Source of the DNA: a virus
Strand: one strand, 5' to 3'
IMG/VR virus record: IMGVR_UViG_3300045988_081431
Location: 3,220-67,219 of that record
Length of the DNA stretch: 64,000 bases
Shown here: positions 38,234 to 46,387 of the stretch, one piece after another
How positions within the stretch are numbered: the stretch's first letter is position 1
How the letters are laid out: each line of letters opens with the position of its first letter
Translations under genes and position numbers: made by a program
The notes under the pieces: model-generated
Seen by the model: only the letters and a program-made list of their open reading frames with translations
Database searches by the model: none
What the model was told of the DNA's origin: nothing

Positions 38234-38444
38234 GGTGTATATTGTTGTTATGGTCGATGAATATTTAACAGACCGTACCTATGATTCACCAGAATACATG
38301 TATTATACCCAAGAAGATGCAGTCGCAAAAATGCATGAGTTATATTGTAAAGATGAACACGAATGGTTCATTGACTGTTACGAGCGATTGGAGAACGGTC
38401 GTCTAATTCTCAATGATACACTCTGGGGTAAAGACATATGCTAA
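38220..38444 (+). CDS. hypothetical protein
   Basis: AGGAGA SD before the in-frame ATG 38220; 74 aa. Confidence 0.55.
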   Translation: MMNTKVYIVVMVDEYLTDRTYDSPEYMYYTQEDAVAKMHELYCKDEHEWFIDCYERLENGRLILNDTLWGKDIC

Positions 38445-38767
38445 AACACAGGTTGAGACAACAAGTTTTAACAACACTTGATAGAAACCGTCAAGTGAAA
38501 TCTATAAAGTCATTAAACCAAAATGTATATGTTGACGAACCACACTTAGATATGTTACAATGGGTTATACGGTCGTTTTCCACATGCGTTCGCAAGAGTC
38601 TCGATACGGCGTTGTTGCTGCATTTGGCAAGCAATTATACCGAAGAAGAATTGCGTAATTTACCCATGAGTGCTATCTCTCACTTGGTAGACGTTCGGTT
38701 TATTCGAGATGCAGACGGTGGTATTGGTTATGAGATACGACCAAAGTTACACACGGTAAAAATATAA
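38438..38767 (+). CDS. hypothetical protein
   Basis: Overlaps the upstream stop; 109 aa. Confidence 0.55.
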   Translation: MLKHRLRQQVLTTLDRNRQVKSIKSLNQNVYVDEPHLDMLQWVIRSFSTCVRKSLDTALLLHLASNYTEEELRNLPMSAISHLVDVRFIRDADGGIGYEIRPKLHTVKI

Positions 38768-38781
38768 CGCAGGAGGTCTGT

Positions 38782-39680
38782 ATGAAATTCATTGATTTAT
38801 TCGCTGGGATTGGCGGTTTTCATTCTGGTTTAACCAAAGCTGGTATGGAATGTGTTGGTTGGTGCGAACAAGATAAATACGCACAACAGTCATCCCGTGC
38901 GTTATATCCAACGGATAATCTTTGGTTTTCACCAGATGTTCGTGCATTAAGCGGTACAGAGATGCCGTATGCAGACCTGTGGTGCTTCGGTTTCCCATGT
39001 CAAGACGTTTCCATTGCTGGACTGAAAGGTGGCATGGGAAATACACGAAGCGGTTTATTTTATGAGGTCATGAGGTTATTAAATGAAACAGAACATAAAC
39101 CCAAATGGTTGCTTATTGAAAATGTTAAAAACCTCTTGTCAATTGACAACGGATGGGGATTTTACTCGGTTTTGTCTGAAATGGACAAAGCAGGGTATGG
39201 TGTCGCATGGCGTGTGTATAACACAAAAGACTTTGGACTTCCGCAAAACCGTGAAAGGGTGTTCATTGTCGGACATCTTGGAAACGAATGTCCATCCGAA
39301 GTATTATATCGACCAGACCAAAGCGAACAATCTATTATTCGACTCGGAAATCTCTTAAAGACTGAATCTTTTGGTGGTATCCACAAAGAGGTCGTGTGTA
39401 CTCACCAAGTGGGTTGTCTCCGACCGTTACTTGTATCAAGGGCGGCGGTCAAGAACCAAAGATTTTACTTAGTAAAAACCCCAATGTGATACGCAAGCTG
39501 ACCCCAAGGGAGTTCTGGCGATTACAGGGGTTTACAGACCAACAATTTGAAACCTGTGCGAAGATACAATCAGATGCACAGTTATATAAACAAGCTGGCA
39601 ATTCCGTCAGTATTCCCATTGTGTATGAACTTGGGAAGAATATTATTGAATGTCACAGGAGGTTACATGGCAATGGGTAA
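38782..39680 (+). pseudogene. dcm: DNA (cytosine-5)-methyltransferase split by a -1 frame change between motif VIII and motif IX
   Basis: Frame A carries FAGIGGF (I), GFPCQDVSIAG (IV), ENVKNL (VI) and QNRERVFIVG (VIII). Frame B, open from 39366, carries QRGRVYSPSGLSPTVT, RKLTPREFWRLQGF (IX) and AGNSVSIPIV (X). The frame switch must occur at about 39366-39390. Confidence 0.8.
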
Positions 39681-39933
39681 GTTTATTGATAATTGCAAAA
39701 AGGCTATATTGATGGCAAGTGAACACAATATAGATAGAGATGATTTATATCGCTCTTTAAACATTGTTTGGTTTTGTAAGACATTACAAAACCACAAAGC
39801 CTTAGTAATGTCTACAAATGATGCACTATATCATACATATTGGGAAGTTACATACAATGGTGCTAAAAACCAATATTATGTAGACGAATATTGTAAGAAA
39901 TCTAATACTGCTATTACACTTGCAGAGGTGTAA
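39667..39933 (+). CDS. hypothetical protein
   Basis: AGGAGG SD before ATG 39667; the track start 39547 lies inside the dcm C-terminal frame. 88 aa, with a YWEVTYNGAKNQYYVDEY pattern. Confidence 0.6.
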   Translation: MAMGKFIDNCKKAILMASEHNIDRDDLYRSLNIVWFCKTLQNHKALVMSTNDALYHTYWEVTYNGAKNQYYVDEYCKKSNTAITLAEV

Positions 39934-39935
39934 CA

Positions 39936-41093
39936 TTGAAACAATGTAAAGATTATAACGATTTGTTAATACAGAATGTTGACATTGGCTCTCTTGAGAC
40001 TGAACCCCTAGATATTACTTGTTTGAATGTTCTTCTTGAGGAGTATCCAAAGAAAGAAGACCAATATAAAAAGGCATCTCGGTTCTGTAAGTCAGTCACC
40101 GATAAAATGGTTCTTGCCGATATTGCCACAATGCTGGCAAAACGATGGGAGCGTTCCATTGAAGATGTCAAAAATTATCTCGATGTGACTGCAACGAGTG
40201 GTGAAGAACTTTGGGAAAAAGTCCATGGTTTTAATGACTCATTTGAAGACATGAAGACATTCATCGGTCAAGAGGGTGTTCCCCTTGGTTTTCCATCCTT
40301 GGATTTTGCAATCAATGGTGTTAAACGCAGAGAAATCGTGTTGTTGGGTGCATATACCAACCAAGGTAAGTCATTCTTTGCAGCCAAGGTTGCCGCACAT
40401 CGGTTAATGGACTCTAATGATAATGTCTTGATTTTCTCTTTGGAGATGCCACGAGGTCAATTTTTGGCTGAAATCGTCAAGGAAATTCTTGGGGTTGAAG
40501 AAGACGAGTTATTCGAGATGTTGCAAACAGAACAGGGTATCGAGATTTATTCCAAGGTGTCTGCTGTGTTAGACAAGCGTGTTCGTTTTGTTGATGAGCC
40601 GAATAAAACTATTGAAGACCTTGAGAAGATTACCGAGGTTTGTTATGCTAATGACTTCCCTGTAGATTTTGTTGTGTTCGACCACTTCCATTTGATACCT
40701 GACATTGATGATATTCCTGTGTTGTCTAAAAATGCAAACAAGATGAAAGAGTACGTTAAAAAGTTCAACTTGATTTTGTTTATGCTTTGCCAGTTCAACG
40801 AGGAATCTCAAAATACCTTTGGGAAAGAAAAAAGTAAGAAACCATATGAACCAATCTTGAGATACATCAAAGGTTCTAATGCGTTAAAAGCCATCGCAGA
40901 TATTATTCTGTTGTTGTGGCGACCATATATCACCGATACGCAACTTGATTTTGACGAAAGAGAGAAAGTCAAAAATCACACCTATGTTAAAATTGGTAAG
41001 ACTCGTAGAAAATTACGAGGACCAGCCAATATATTCCAATTCAAGTATGACGAGAAAACATCTCATTTGTCAGAGATTAATTATTTCTCATAA
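39936..41093 (+). CDS. dnaB: replicative DNA helicase (DnaB-like RecA-fold ATPase)
   Basis: Walker A GAYTNQGKS and Walker B-like VVFDHFHLI; TTG start; 385 aa. Confidence 0.7.
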   Translation: MKQCKDYNDLLIQNVDIGSLETEPLDITCLNVLLEEYPKKEDQYKKASRFCKSVTDKMVLADIATMLAKRWERSIEDVKNYLDVTATSGEELWEKVHGFNDSFEDMKTFIGQEGVPLGFPSLDFAINGVKRREIVLLGAYTNQGKSFFAAKVAAHRLMDSNDNVLIFSLEMPRGQFLAEIVKEILGVEEDELFEMLQTEQGIEIYSKVSAVLDKRVRFVDEPNKTIEDLEKITEVCYANDFPVDFVVFDHFHLIPDIDDIPVLSKNANKMKEYVKKFNLILFMLCQFNEESQNTFGKEKSKKPYEPILRYIKGSNALKAIADIILLLWRPYITDTQLDFDEREKVKNHTYVKIGKTRRKLRGPANIFQFKYDEKTSHLSEINYFS

Positions 41094-41119
41094 AATATGA
41101 CAAATATATAAATTAATAC

Positions 41120-41148
41120 TTGACTATGACGACTAGATGTGATATTAT
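41120..41148 (+). promoter_or_regulatory. sigma-A-type promoter (TTGACT-17-TATTAT with TGn) of the ncRNA/tRNA operon
   Basis: -35 at 41120-41125, TGa at 41140-41142, -10 at 41143-41148. Confidence 0.7.
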
Positions 41149-41154
41149 AATAGT

Positions 41155-41713
41155 GTACTAAGGGGGTTAGACAACCCTTAGTAAGCCTCCTTTCTTAACA
41201 TAGTCAACGGAGTAACATCCGTTGACACACATGGGTCGTGCAGGATGCAATCAACACACTTGATTTTGGGTTCAATTCCCAAGAGACCCAATAGCATAAA
41301 CGGTGCTTGCTACCGTGTCAAAAGTGAGCGTTCCATGTGACGAGAAAACATGGCAGAGACAACTGGGAACCATCACTATAGATGTAAAAGATGGGTCGCT
41401 TGGTTGATGTGCGACAAACAAACATCAAAAAACAGGTTACTGTTCAGCCTGTAGAATAAAAACAGGGTTGTGCCATTCCATAATCGCACCGTCAGACAAG
41501 ACGTAAATATCATATGTAAAAATGTAGAGCATTCCATTTTTACTGCCGTCAGACCAGACGTTAAAATCATGTAGTGCAGGCTGACATTAAAGTGTCTGCT
41601 ACGAGTGTACACATCTACCGCCGATGAGTATAGACGTATACGAACATAAGACATCGAGATTGCAATCTTTCGGTGGTCGAATGATACAACAAGGATTGTA
41701 TGGCGGTAGACAT
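41155..41713 (+). ncRNA. large highly structured non-coding RNA candidate (~560 nt; ROOL/GOLLD-class hypothesis)
   Basis: No credible ORF. Many strong helices by eye: 41158-81, 41203-26, 41300-16 and 41333-53. A pseudoknot pairs 41395-99/41411-15 and 41404-10/41422-28. A further helix pairs 41516-24/41535-43. A closing helix 41614-22/41702-10 encloses three hairpins. The segment abuts tRNA-Ser. Confidence 0.55.
41233..41290 (+). ncRNA. tRNA-like minihelix (acceptor + T-arm) with truncated body
   Basis: T-arm TTGGG-TTCAATT-CCCAA. Acceptor-like pairing GGGTC/GACCC. A 17-nt stem-loop AATCA-ACACACT-TGATT is present, but there is no D-arm and no CCA. Confidence 0.45.
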
Positions 41714-41805
41714 GGATGGTTGTCAGAGTGGTTTATTGAGTCTCTTTGCTAAAGAGATGTCGTTCATTAAAACGACCATAGGTTCAAATCCTGTACCATC
41801 CTCCA
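41714..41805 (+). tRNA. tRNA-Ser (anticodon GCT)
   Basis: Acceptor GGATGGT/ACCATCC, anticodon arm TCTCT-TTGCTAA-AGAGA, long variable arm GTCGTT/AACGAC, T-arm ATAGG-TTCAAAT-CCTGT, encoded CCA. Confidence 0.9.
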
Positions 41806-41810
41806 TTTAT

Positions 41811-41885
41811 TCTTGGGTAGTTCAATGGTAGAGCATCTGGCTGTTAACCAGAGAGTTATAGGTTCGAGTCCTATCCCAAGAGCCA
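41811..41885 (+). tRNA. tRNA-Asn (anticodon GTT)
   Basis: Acceptor TCTTGGG/CCCAAGA, anticodon arm TCTGG-CTGTTAA-CCAGA, T-arm ATAGG-TTCGAGT-CCTAT, encoded CCA. Confidence 0.9.
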
Positions 41886-41888
41886 CGT

Positions 41889-41978
41889 GGAAAGTTGGCA
41901 GAGTCTGGTTTATTGCATCGGTCTTGAAAACCGAAGAACAGTAATGTTCCGTGAGTTCAAATCTCACACTTTCCTCCA
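41889..41978 (+). tRNA. tRNA-Ser (anticodon TGA)
   Basis: Acceptor GGAAAGT/ACTTTCC, anticodon arm TCGGT-CTTGAAA-ACCGA, long variable arm, T-arm GTGAG-TTCAAAT-CTCAC, encoded CCA. Confidence 0.9.
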
Positions 41979-42278
41979 GAGCCAAGATATGTGTGTTACG
42001 GCATCGTATCGCCGAACGAGTTCTTTAAGGGGTTCTCGTTCGGATGGCATACATCGTGTTAATTGGGTAATAGTCCAAGAGACACGCATGATTTTTCCTC
42101 CTGACTGACTTGGGGTAAAACCCAAGTCGCTCATGCACTCATAGTTTAACGTAAAACGGCGTTTTATCATCTTCCGTCATGCAAGTTCGACTCTTGCTGA
42201 GTGCCACACTTCTACCTAACGATTATCTTTATCTTTAGTGTTCGCACTAGCACGTTAATCGTAGTGTACTCCTTGAAA
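41979..42278 (+). ncRNA. structured non-coding 3' segment of the tRNA operon
   Basis: Helices 41989-95/42083-89, 42012-20/42035-43 (9 bp), 42107-14/42121-28 (8 bp) and 42219-25/42256-62, the last enclosing a TTCG-capped hairpin at 42236-49. Confidence 0.45.
42135..42205 (+). ncRNA. degenerate tRNA-like element (tRNA geometry, unpaired anticodon stem)
   Basis: Acceptor GCACTCA/TGAGTGC (7 bp), D-stem GTTT/AAAC, T-arm GCAAG-TTCGACT-CTTGC. The 17-nt segment at the anticodon-arm position does not pair, and there is no CCA. Confidence 0.35.
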
Positions 42279-42323
42279 AGACCCAAGCGTTTTCCCTCCT
42301 TTCACGCTTGGGTCTTTTTTTTT
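42279..42323 (+). terminator. strong intrinsic terminator of the ncRNA/tRNA operon
   Basis: Stem GACCCAAGCG/CGCTTGGGTC, extended by A-T pairs, with a 15-nt loop, followed by nine T. Confidence 0.85.
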
Positions 42324-42338
42324 GCGTTTATAAAATGG

Positions 42339-42367
42339 TTGACAAACACAGACAAATACTGTATAAT
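42339..42367 (+). promoter_or_regulatory. consensus sigma-A-type promoter (TTGACA-17-TATAAT)
   Basis: -35 at 42339-42344, -10 at 42362-42367. Confidence 0.75.
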
Positions 42368-42393
42368 AAGTATATACGAAAGCAGGTGAATAC

Positions 42394-43269
42394 ATGAAAG
42401 AAAATTCATTTCTTTGTCCTGACGGCAAGACCATATTGGTTAAAGACTGCATGAAAGAATGTCGTATGGGGCAACGATGCCTTGCCAAACCATTGTTGGT
42501 AAACGCAAGTCGTCTCAGGAATTTAAATAGAGACCACTTCTCTGTCACCGAGGTATTGTCTCCAACGTTATATATGTATCTGAAAGCAAACAATCCAGAG
42601 ACAATCAATCCGTTCTCCTCGATTGCTGCAACAGTCGGTACATCCATGCATGGTATACTTGAGAATTGTCTGCCACAGAATTACGCAGGCGAGTTTCGAC
42701 TAAATTATCAAGGTCTCACAGGTCAGATGGACTGTATTGACTTAGAGCATCATACCTTGTATGACTATAAGGTCGTTGGTGCATACAAGTGTGCGACCAT
42801 GATGGGTGGTAGACCATTGTGGCGACCATACACAATCACACGTGGCAAACGTAAGGGTAAAACCGAGATGCGACAACAATGGGTGTACGATGGGTTGCAC
42901 CACTATGGTGATTACTGTAAACAACAGAACTTATATCGCATCTTGTTGAATAAACATGGTATCCCAATCAATGATATGTATTTACAAGTCATTATCAAAG
43001 AACCAATCAACACAATCAAGACATTCAATCTAAGTCAGCAATGCTATTTGATACAACTACCCAAGATGAACGACCAGCGGTTACTTGACTATGCGTTATA
43101 CAAGAAAGATGCCTTGGTAAATGCCATCGCCAAACAAGAATTACCACGAGAGTGTTCTGCAAAAGACCGATGGGTATCCAAGACATATCCAATGGGTCGT
43201 AAATGTAAAGAGTACTGCTCTGTATCATATTGTTGTCCATATTATCAGGAGAGGATTAAAAAGCGATGA
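42394..43269 (+). CDS. PD-(D/E)XK exonuclease with Cys clusters (Cas4/RecB-like)
   Basis: MDCIDLEHHTLYDYKVVG (D...D-Y-K motif). N-terminal Cys residues and a C-terminal CKEYCSVSYCC cluster suggest an Fe-S site. Confidence 0.6.
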   Translation: MKENSFLCPDGKTILVKDCMKECRMGQRCLAKPLLVNASRLRNLNRDHFSVTEVLSPTLYMYLKANNPETINPFSSIAATVGTSMHGILENCLPQNYAGEFRLNYQGLTGQMDCIDLEHHTLYDYKVVGAYKCATMMGGRPLWRPYTITRGKRKGKTEMRQQWVYDGLHHYGDYCKQQNLYRILLNKHGIPINDMYLQVIIKEPINTIKTFNLSQQCYLIQLPKMNDQRLLDYALYKKDALVNAIAKQELPRECSAKDRWVSKTYPMGRKCKEYCSVSYCCPYYQERIKKR

Positions 43270-43586
43270 TAAATATTAAAACTCAAGAGTTTCGTACTGT
43301 TGACCGTTACCGTGTGACAGCCATTCATCGACAATCAAGAACAGCATTTGTCAATGACTTGCGTGTTGGTGATGAGTTTTATATCTGTACGAAATTGCAT
43401 GGAGAACGAAGTCAAGCTGGCTATTTAGCACCACGAGTTAGACTGTATTTCCCAGATAAAAAGAAACATACTAAGTATATTACTCAAGAGCGTTTACAGA
43501 AAATCTTTAGCTTTAACTTTGATGCTGAACCCGTTGAACACGTTGAGCGTAGCGAAGTCGTTGGAACAACGGAGGTAATCGAATGA
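43266..43586 (+). CDS. hypothetical protein
   Basis: ATGA overlap; 106 aa. Confidence 0.55.
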   Translation: MINIKTQEFRTVDRYRVTAIHRQSRTAFVNDLRVGDEFYICTKLHGERSQAGYLAPRVRLYFPDKKKHTKYITQERLQKIFSFNFDAEPVEHVERSEVVGTTEVIE

Positions 43587-44209
43587 TTCTAGTCGGTCGT
43601 GCTGGTGTTGGTAAAGATACCGTTGCTGACATGTTTGGTGATATTCCTCGGTATGCATACGCAGATGCAATCAAAGAAATGGTTGCTATTGTTCAATCCG
43701 ATGGTGTCAACGCAGGTATGGAGTTTATATCTGACTTGAGTGGTCATTCAATCGAAGAATTACAGGGTATACTTCCTGTGGTGCAAACGATTGAGAAGAC
43801 CGTCTTAGATGGCAAACAACGAAAACACCTACAAGCACTTGGCAATGGTATTCGAGCGTTGTTTGCAGACTTCTGGTTGGTTGTCTTGCGTAACAAGCTG
43901 GTGAGAGATAACCCAGAGAAATATATCGTGACCGATTGTCGCTATCAAAATGAACTTGATATGTTAAAAGAATTGGATGTCGGAGACCCAGCGTTCAATG
44001 TGGCAATCTTTATCTCAGCGAACAAGAAAGAACGTATTAAACGAATGAAACGCAGAGATGGTTCTTGCGATGAAACACGACTCAATGATGTGTCAGAAAC
44101 ATCTGTTGACGAATTAAAGTCTCAATGTGATTTCGTGATTAACAATTCTAAAGATTTCAACCATTTGAAACAACAAGTGGATAAAATCAAAGATGCAATC
44201 GGAGAATAA
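43583..44209 (+). CDS. deoxynucleoside monophosphate kinase-like P-loop protein
   Basis: P-loop GRAGVGKDTVAD and the downstream TDCRYQNELDMLK pattern typical of phage dNMP kinases. Confidence 0.6.
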   Translation: MILVGRAGVGKDTVADMFGDIPRYAYADAIKEMVAIVQSDGVNAGMEFISDLSGHSIEELQGILPVVQTIEKTVLDGKQRKHLQALGNGIRALFADFWLVVLRNKLVRDNPEKYIVTDCRYQNELDMLKELDVGDPAFNVAIFISANKKERIKRMKRRDGSCDETRLNDVSETSVDELKSQCDFVINNSKDFNHLKQQVDKIKDAIGE

Positions 44210-44212
44210 ATT

Positions 44213-44395
44213 ATGGTAAAAGAATTACACATGCTTGCGATTATTGATTATCGAACCAATGAACTTAAAGCAGAGGTTCGCAGACGAATGTTGCAATCTG
44301 AACTATCTAAGCAAGAGGCAGTCCATCTCGTTGACAAGGCTTGCGATGATATTACAGATGCATTATGTCGATTGTATGATAAAGCGGAGGTTTAG
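44213..44395 (+). CDS. hypothetical small protein
   Basis: 60 aa, tightly packed. Confidence 0.5.
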   Translation: MVKELHMLAIIDYRTNELKAEVRRRMLQSELSKQEAVHLVDKACDDITDALCRLYDKAEV

Positions 44396-44398
44396 TAC

Positions 44399-44818
44399 TT
44401 GAAATTAATTTATTCAGCAACAGTAATGGGAGAGCCTGTACCGCAAGGTAGACCACGATTATGTGGTCGTGGTCGTTTCGTGAGAGCGTATGACCCTCCG
44501 AAGTCAAAGGCTTATAAGCAACTGATTAAAGACTCAATCGAACATCCGAAGAATGTGGTAGATGTTCCATTATTGTTTGAACTTGACATTTACCGTAAGA
44601 TACCATCTGGGGGTCGCAAGAAAGACCGTGAAGATATGAAATCAGGCTTAATTCTACCGACTAAGAAACCAGATGTGGATAATGTACTCAAAGGTGTCAT
44701 GGATGCCCTGAGTGGCATCGTATGGCATGACGATAACCAAGTGTGCGATGTAATCTGTAGAAAACGCTATAGTGAGCATCCACGCATCGAGTTCAAGGTT
44801 TACGATATTACACCTTGA
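44399..44818 (+). CDS. rusA: RusA-family Holliday junction resolvase
   Basis: GGAGG SD 8 nt before the TTG start. The KPDVDNVLKGVMDALSGIVWHDDNQV block is typical of RusA. Confidence 0.8.
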   Translation: MKLIYSATVMGEPVPQGRPRLCGRGRFVRAYDPPKSKAYKQLIKDSIEHPKNVVDVPLLFELDIYRKIPSGGRKKDREDMKSGLILPTKKPDVDNVLKGVMDALSGIVWHDDNQVCDVICRKRYSEHPRIEFKVYDITP

Positions 44819-44846
44819 CAAACTAACAGGCTAACAGGAGGTCAAA

Positions 44847-45407
44847 ATGTTAGAACAAAAATTAATCAATACAGATGGTTTAAATAAACTATGGGGAGAA
44901 CAACTGTTGTGGTTTAACGGTCAGTCTTACTGTTTGACATCAACAGACTCACCATCATGTGAAGACATTCGTAAATTACATCCGCATTGGCTTGTGTATT
45001 TAACTGGCGATGTAGACGAGGATACAAATGAGATTGCACGTCAAGCGTTCTTAAATGGTGAAGCATTGGATAAATGCTTGTGTGACTTGGGTGTGATTGA
45101 TGAAGCCTTTGTGGTTTTCCATGGCGACATTATTGTACATGCGTTTGTCAACGACCAAGGCGACATCGAAGAAGAATATTCCGTTACCGAATTTGATGAA
45201 GTCGAAAAAGAAAACACGATTGCCGTGTATCGCATAGATGAAGATAATCAATCCAAGGTGAATAAGATTGTGTCTGGTGCATTATTAAACGACTATACAC
45301 TAGAGGTTGGGTTAATTTGGGCGATGCAACTTGGGTACCAAGCACAAGACAGTATCGTTGATGAATTAAACCAAGCTGTGGATGCGGTGCAATCATGGAC
45401 TGTTTAA
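44847..45407 (+). CDS. hypothetical acidic protein
   Basis: AGGAGG SD; 186 aa. Confidence 0.6.
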   Translation: MLEQKLINTDGLNKLWGEQLLWFNGQSYCLTSTDSPSCEDIRKLHPHWLVYLTGDVDEDTNEIARQAFLNGEALDKCLCDLGVIDEAFVVFHGDIIVHAFVNDQGDIEEEYSVTEFDEVEKENTIAVYRIDEDNQSKVNKIVSGALLNDYTLEVGLIWAMQLGYQAQDSIVDELNQAVDAVQSWTV

Positions 45408-45524
45408 TCATTATGGTAGCACTACAAAAGTTAATCACCCTTGGTATGTTCGCAGGGTTTTCTTGGGTTTGTTACTTATGGGTAAAACAAGTGATTGAAT
45501 ACTACGAGAACAGGAGATAAACAT

Positions 45525-45857
45525 ATGAGTAAAATATTACACATCTTACGACTGGGGTTGCTTGCATTGGTGTTATTCGTGATTGGTACATTACCAACGC
45601 ATGCATACTCAATGCAAGCCGAAGTTTCTGCTTATAGTGACCACGGAACGATGGCAAACGGTGAATGGACACACGATGGTGCAGTTGCCGCAGACCATCT
45701 TCCGTTTGGTACAAAAGTATTAATCAATGGTCGAGTATATACGGTTAAAGACCGATTTGGCGGTGGTTATTCAAACGCATTTGATATTTGGATGCCATCG
45801 TATGATGAAGCCATTGAATTTGGTCGTCAGTATATCACCGTAGAGGTTCTAGTGTAG
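45525..45857 (+). CDS. secreted 3D-domain (MltA/RlpA-like) protein
   Basis: AGGAGA SD before ATG 45525. Signal-like LLALVLFVIGTLPTHA. The block SAYSDHGTMANGEW...AADHLPFGTKVLINGRVYTVKDRFGGG is a 3D-domain pattern. Confidence 0.65.
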   Translation: MSKILHILRLGLLALVLFVIGTLPTHAYSMQAEVSAYSDHGTMANGEWTHDGAVAADHLPFGTKVLINGRVYTVKDRFGGGYSNAFDIWMPSYDEAIEFGRQYITVEVLV

Positions 45858-45871
45858 CAGGAGGAAAGTGA

Positions 45872-46369
45872 ATGAGTAAAGCATTAAATAGTATACGGAA
45901 AAAACATGGCTTAAAGCCAGTTACACACAGGGTACGAGGTTTTGAGTATGTCAGCAGAGTCGGAGCAATCGTGAAAAAACCAACACGAGGCTCCATTCAT
46001 AGTGCTGGTTACGATATTTATGTCTATGATGATTATACAATCGAACCAAAACAATCCGTACTGATTAAAACTGGCATTAAAGCGTATATGCCACATGATG
46101 AATACTTGGATTTACGAGTGCGTTCATCTTTGGGGGTTAAACGTCAATTAATGCTTGCGACTGGTGCATCTGTTATTGATTCTGACTATTATAACAACGA
46201 AGACAACGAGGGTGAAATCATGGTTGTATTATACAATTATGGCAACACCACTCAATACATTTCAGCAGGCGAACACATAGTTCAAGGCATCTTTACAAAG
46301 TATCACTTGATTGATGATGATTGTACAACCGCAGTTCGCACAGGTGGCACAGGGTCTACAAATAAATAA
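45872..46369 (+). CDS. dut: dUTP diphosphatase (trimeric dUTPase)
   Basis: Motifs AGYDIY, VRSSLG, GASVIDSDYYN and RTGGTGSTNK. Confidence 0.85.
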   Translation: MSKALNSIRKKHGLKPVTHRVRGFEYVSRVGAIVKKPTRGSIHSAGYDIYVYDDYTIEPKQSVLIKTGIKAYMPHDEYLDLRVRSSLGVKRQLMLATGASVIDSDYYNNEDNEGEIMVVLYNYGNTTQYISAGEHIVQGIFTKYHLIDDDCTTAVRTGGTGSTNK

Positions 46370-46387
46370 CACAGGGGAAACACATCC

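Noticed and set aside
39083-39386. 91-aa (+) and 74-aa (-) ORFs inside the dcm gene
   Set aside because: They are shadow frames of the methyltransferase. The MTase motifs VI and VIII lie in the main frame across this stretch.
41233-41290. tmRNA or a split tRNA
   Set aside because: The T-arm and acceptor helix are adjacent in a ~58-nt element. There is no tag-peptide ORF, no pseudoknot series between the halves, and no CCA.
42135-42205. A fourth genuine tRNA
   Set aside because: The acceptor, D-stem and T-arm fit. However, the 5-bp anticodon stem cannot form in any register I tried, and no CCA is encoded. It is reported only as tRNA-like.
41376-42647. Short ORFs on both strands (60-130 aa) across the ncRNA/tRNA operon
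   Set aside because: They run through bona fide tRNA genes, the terminator and the downstream promoter. They lack SD sites, and the 42255..42647 minus-strand ORF is antisense to the next promoter and CDS start.
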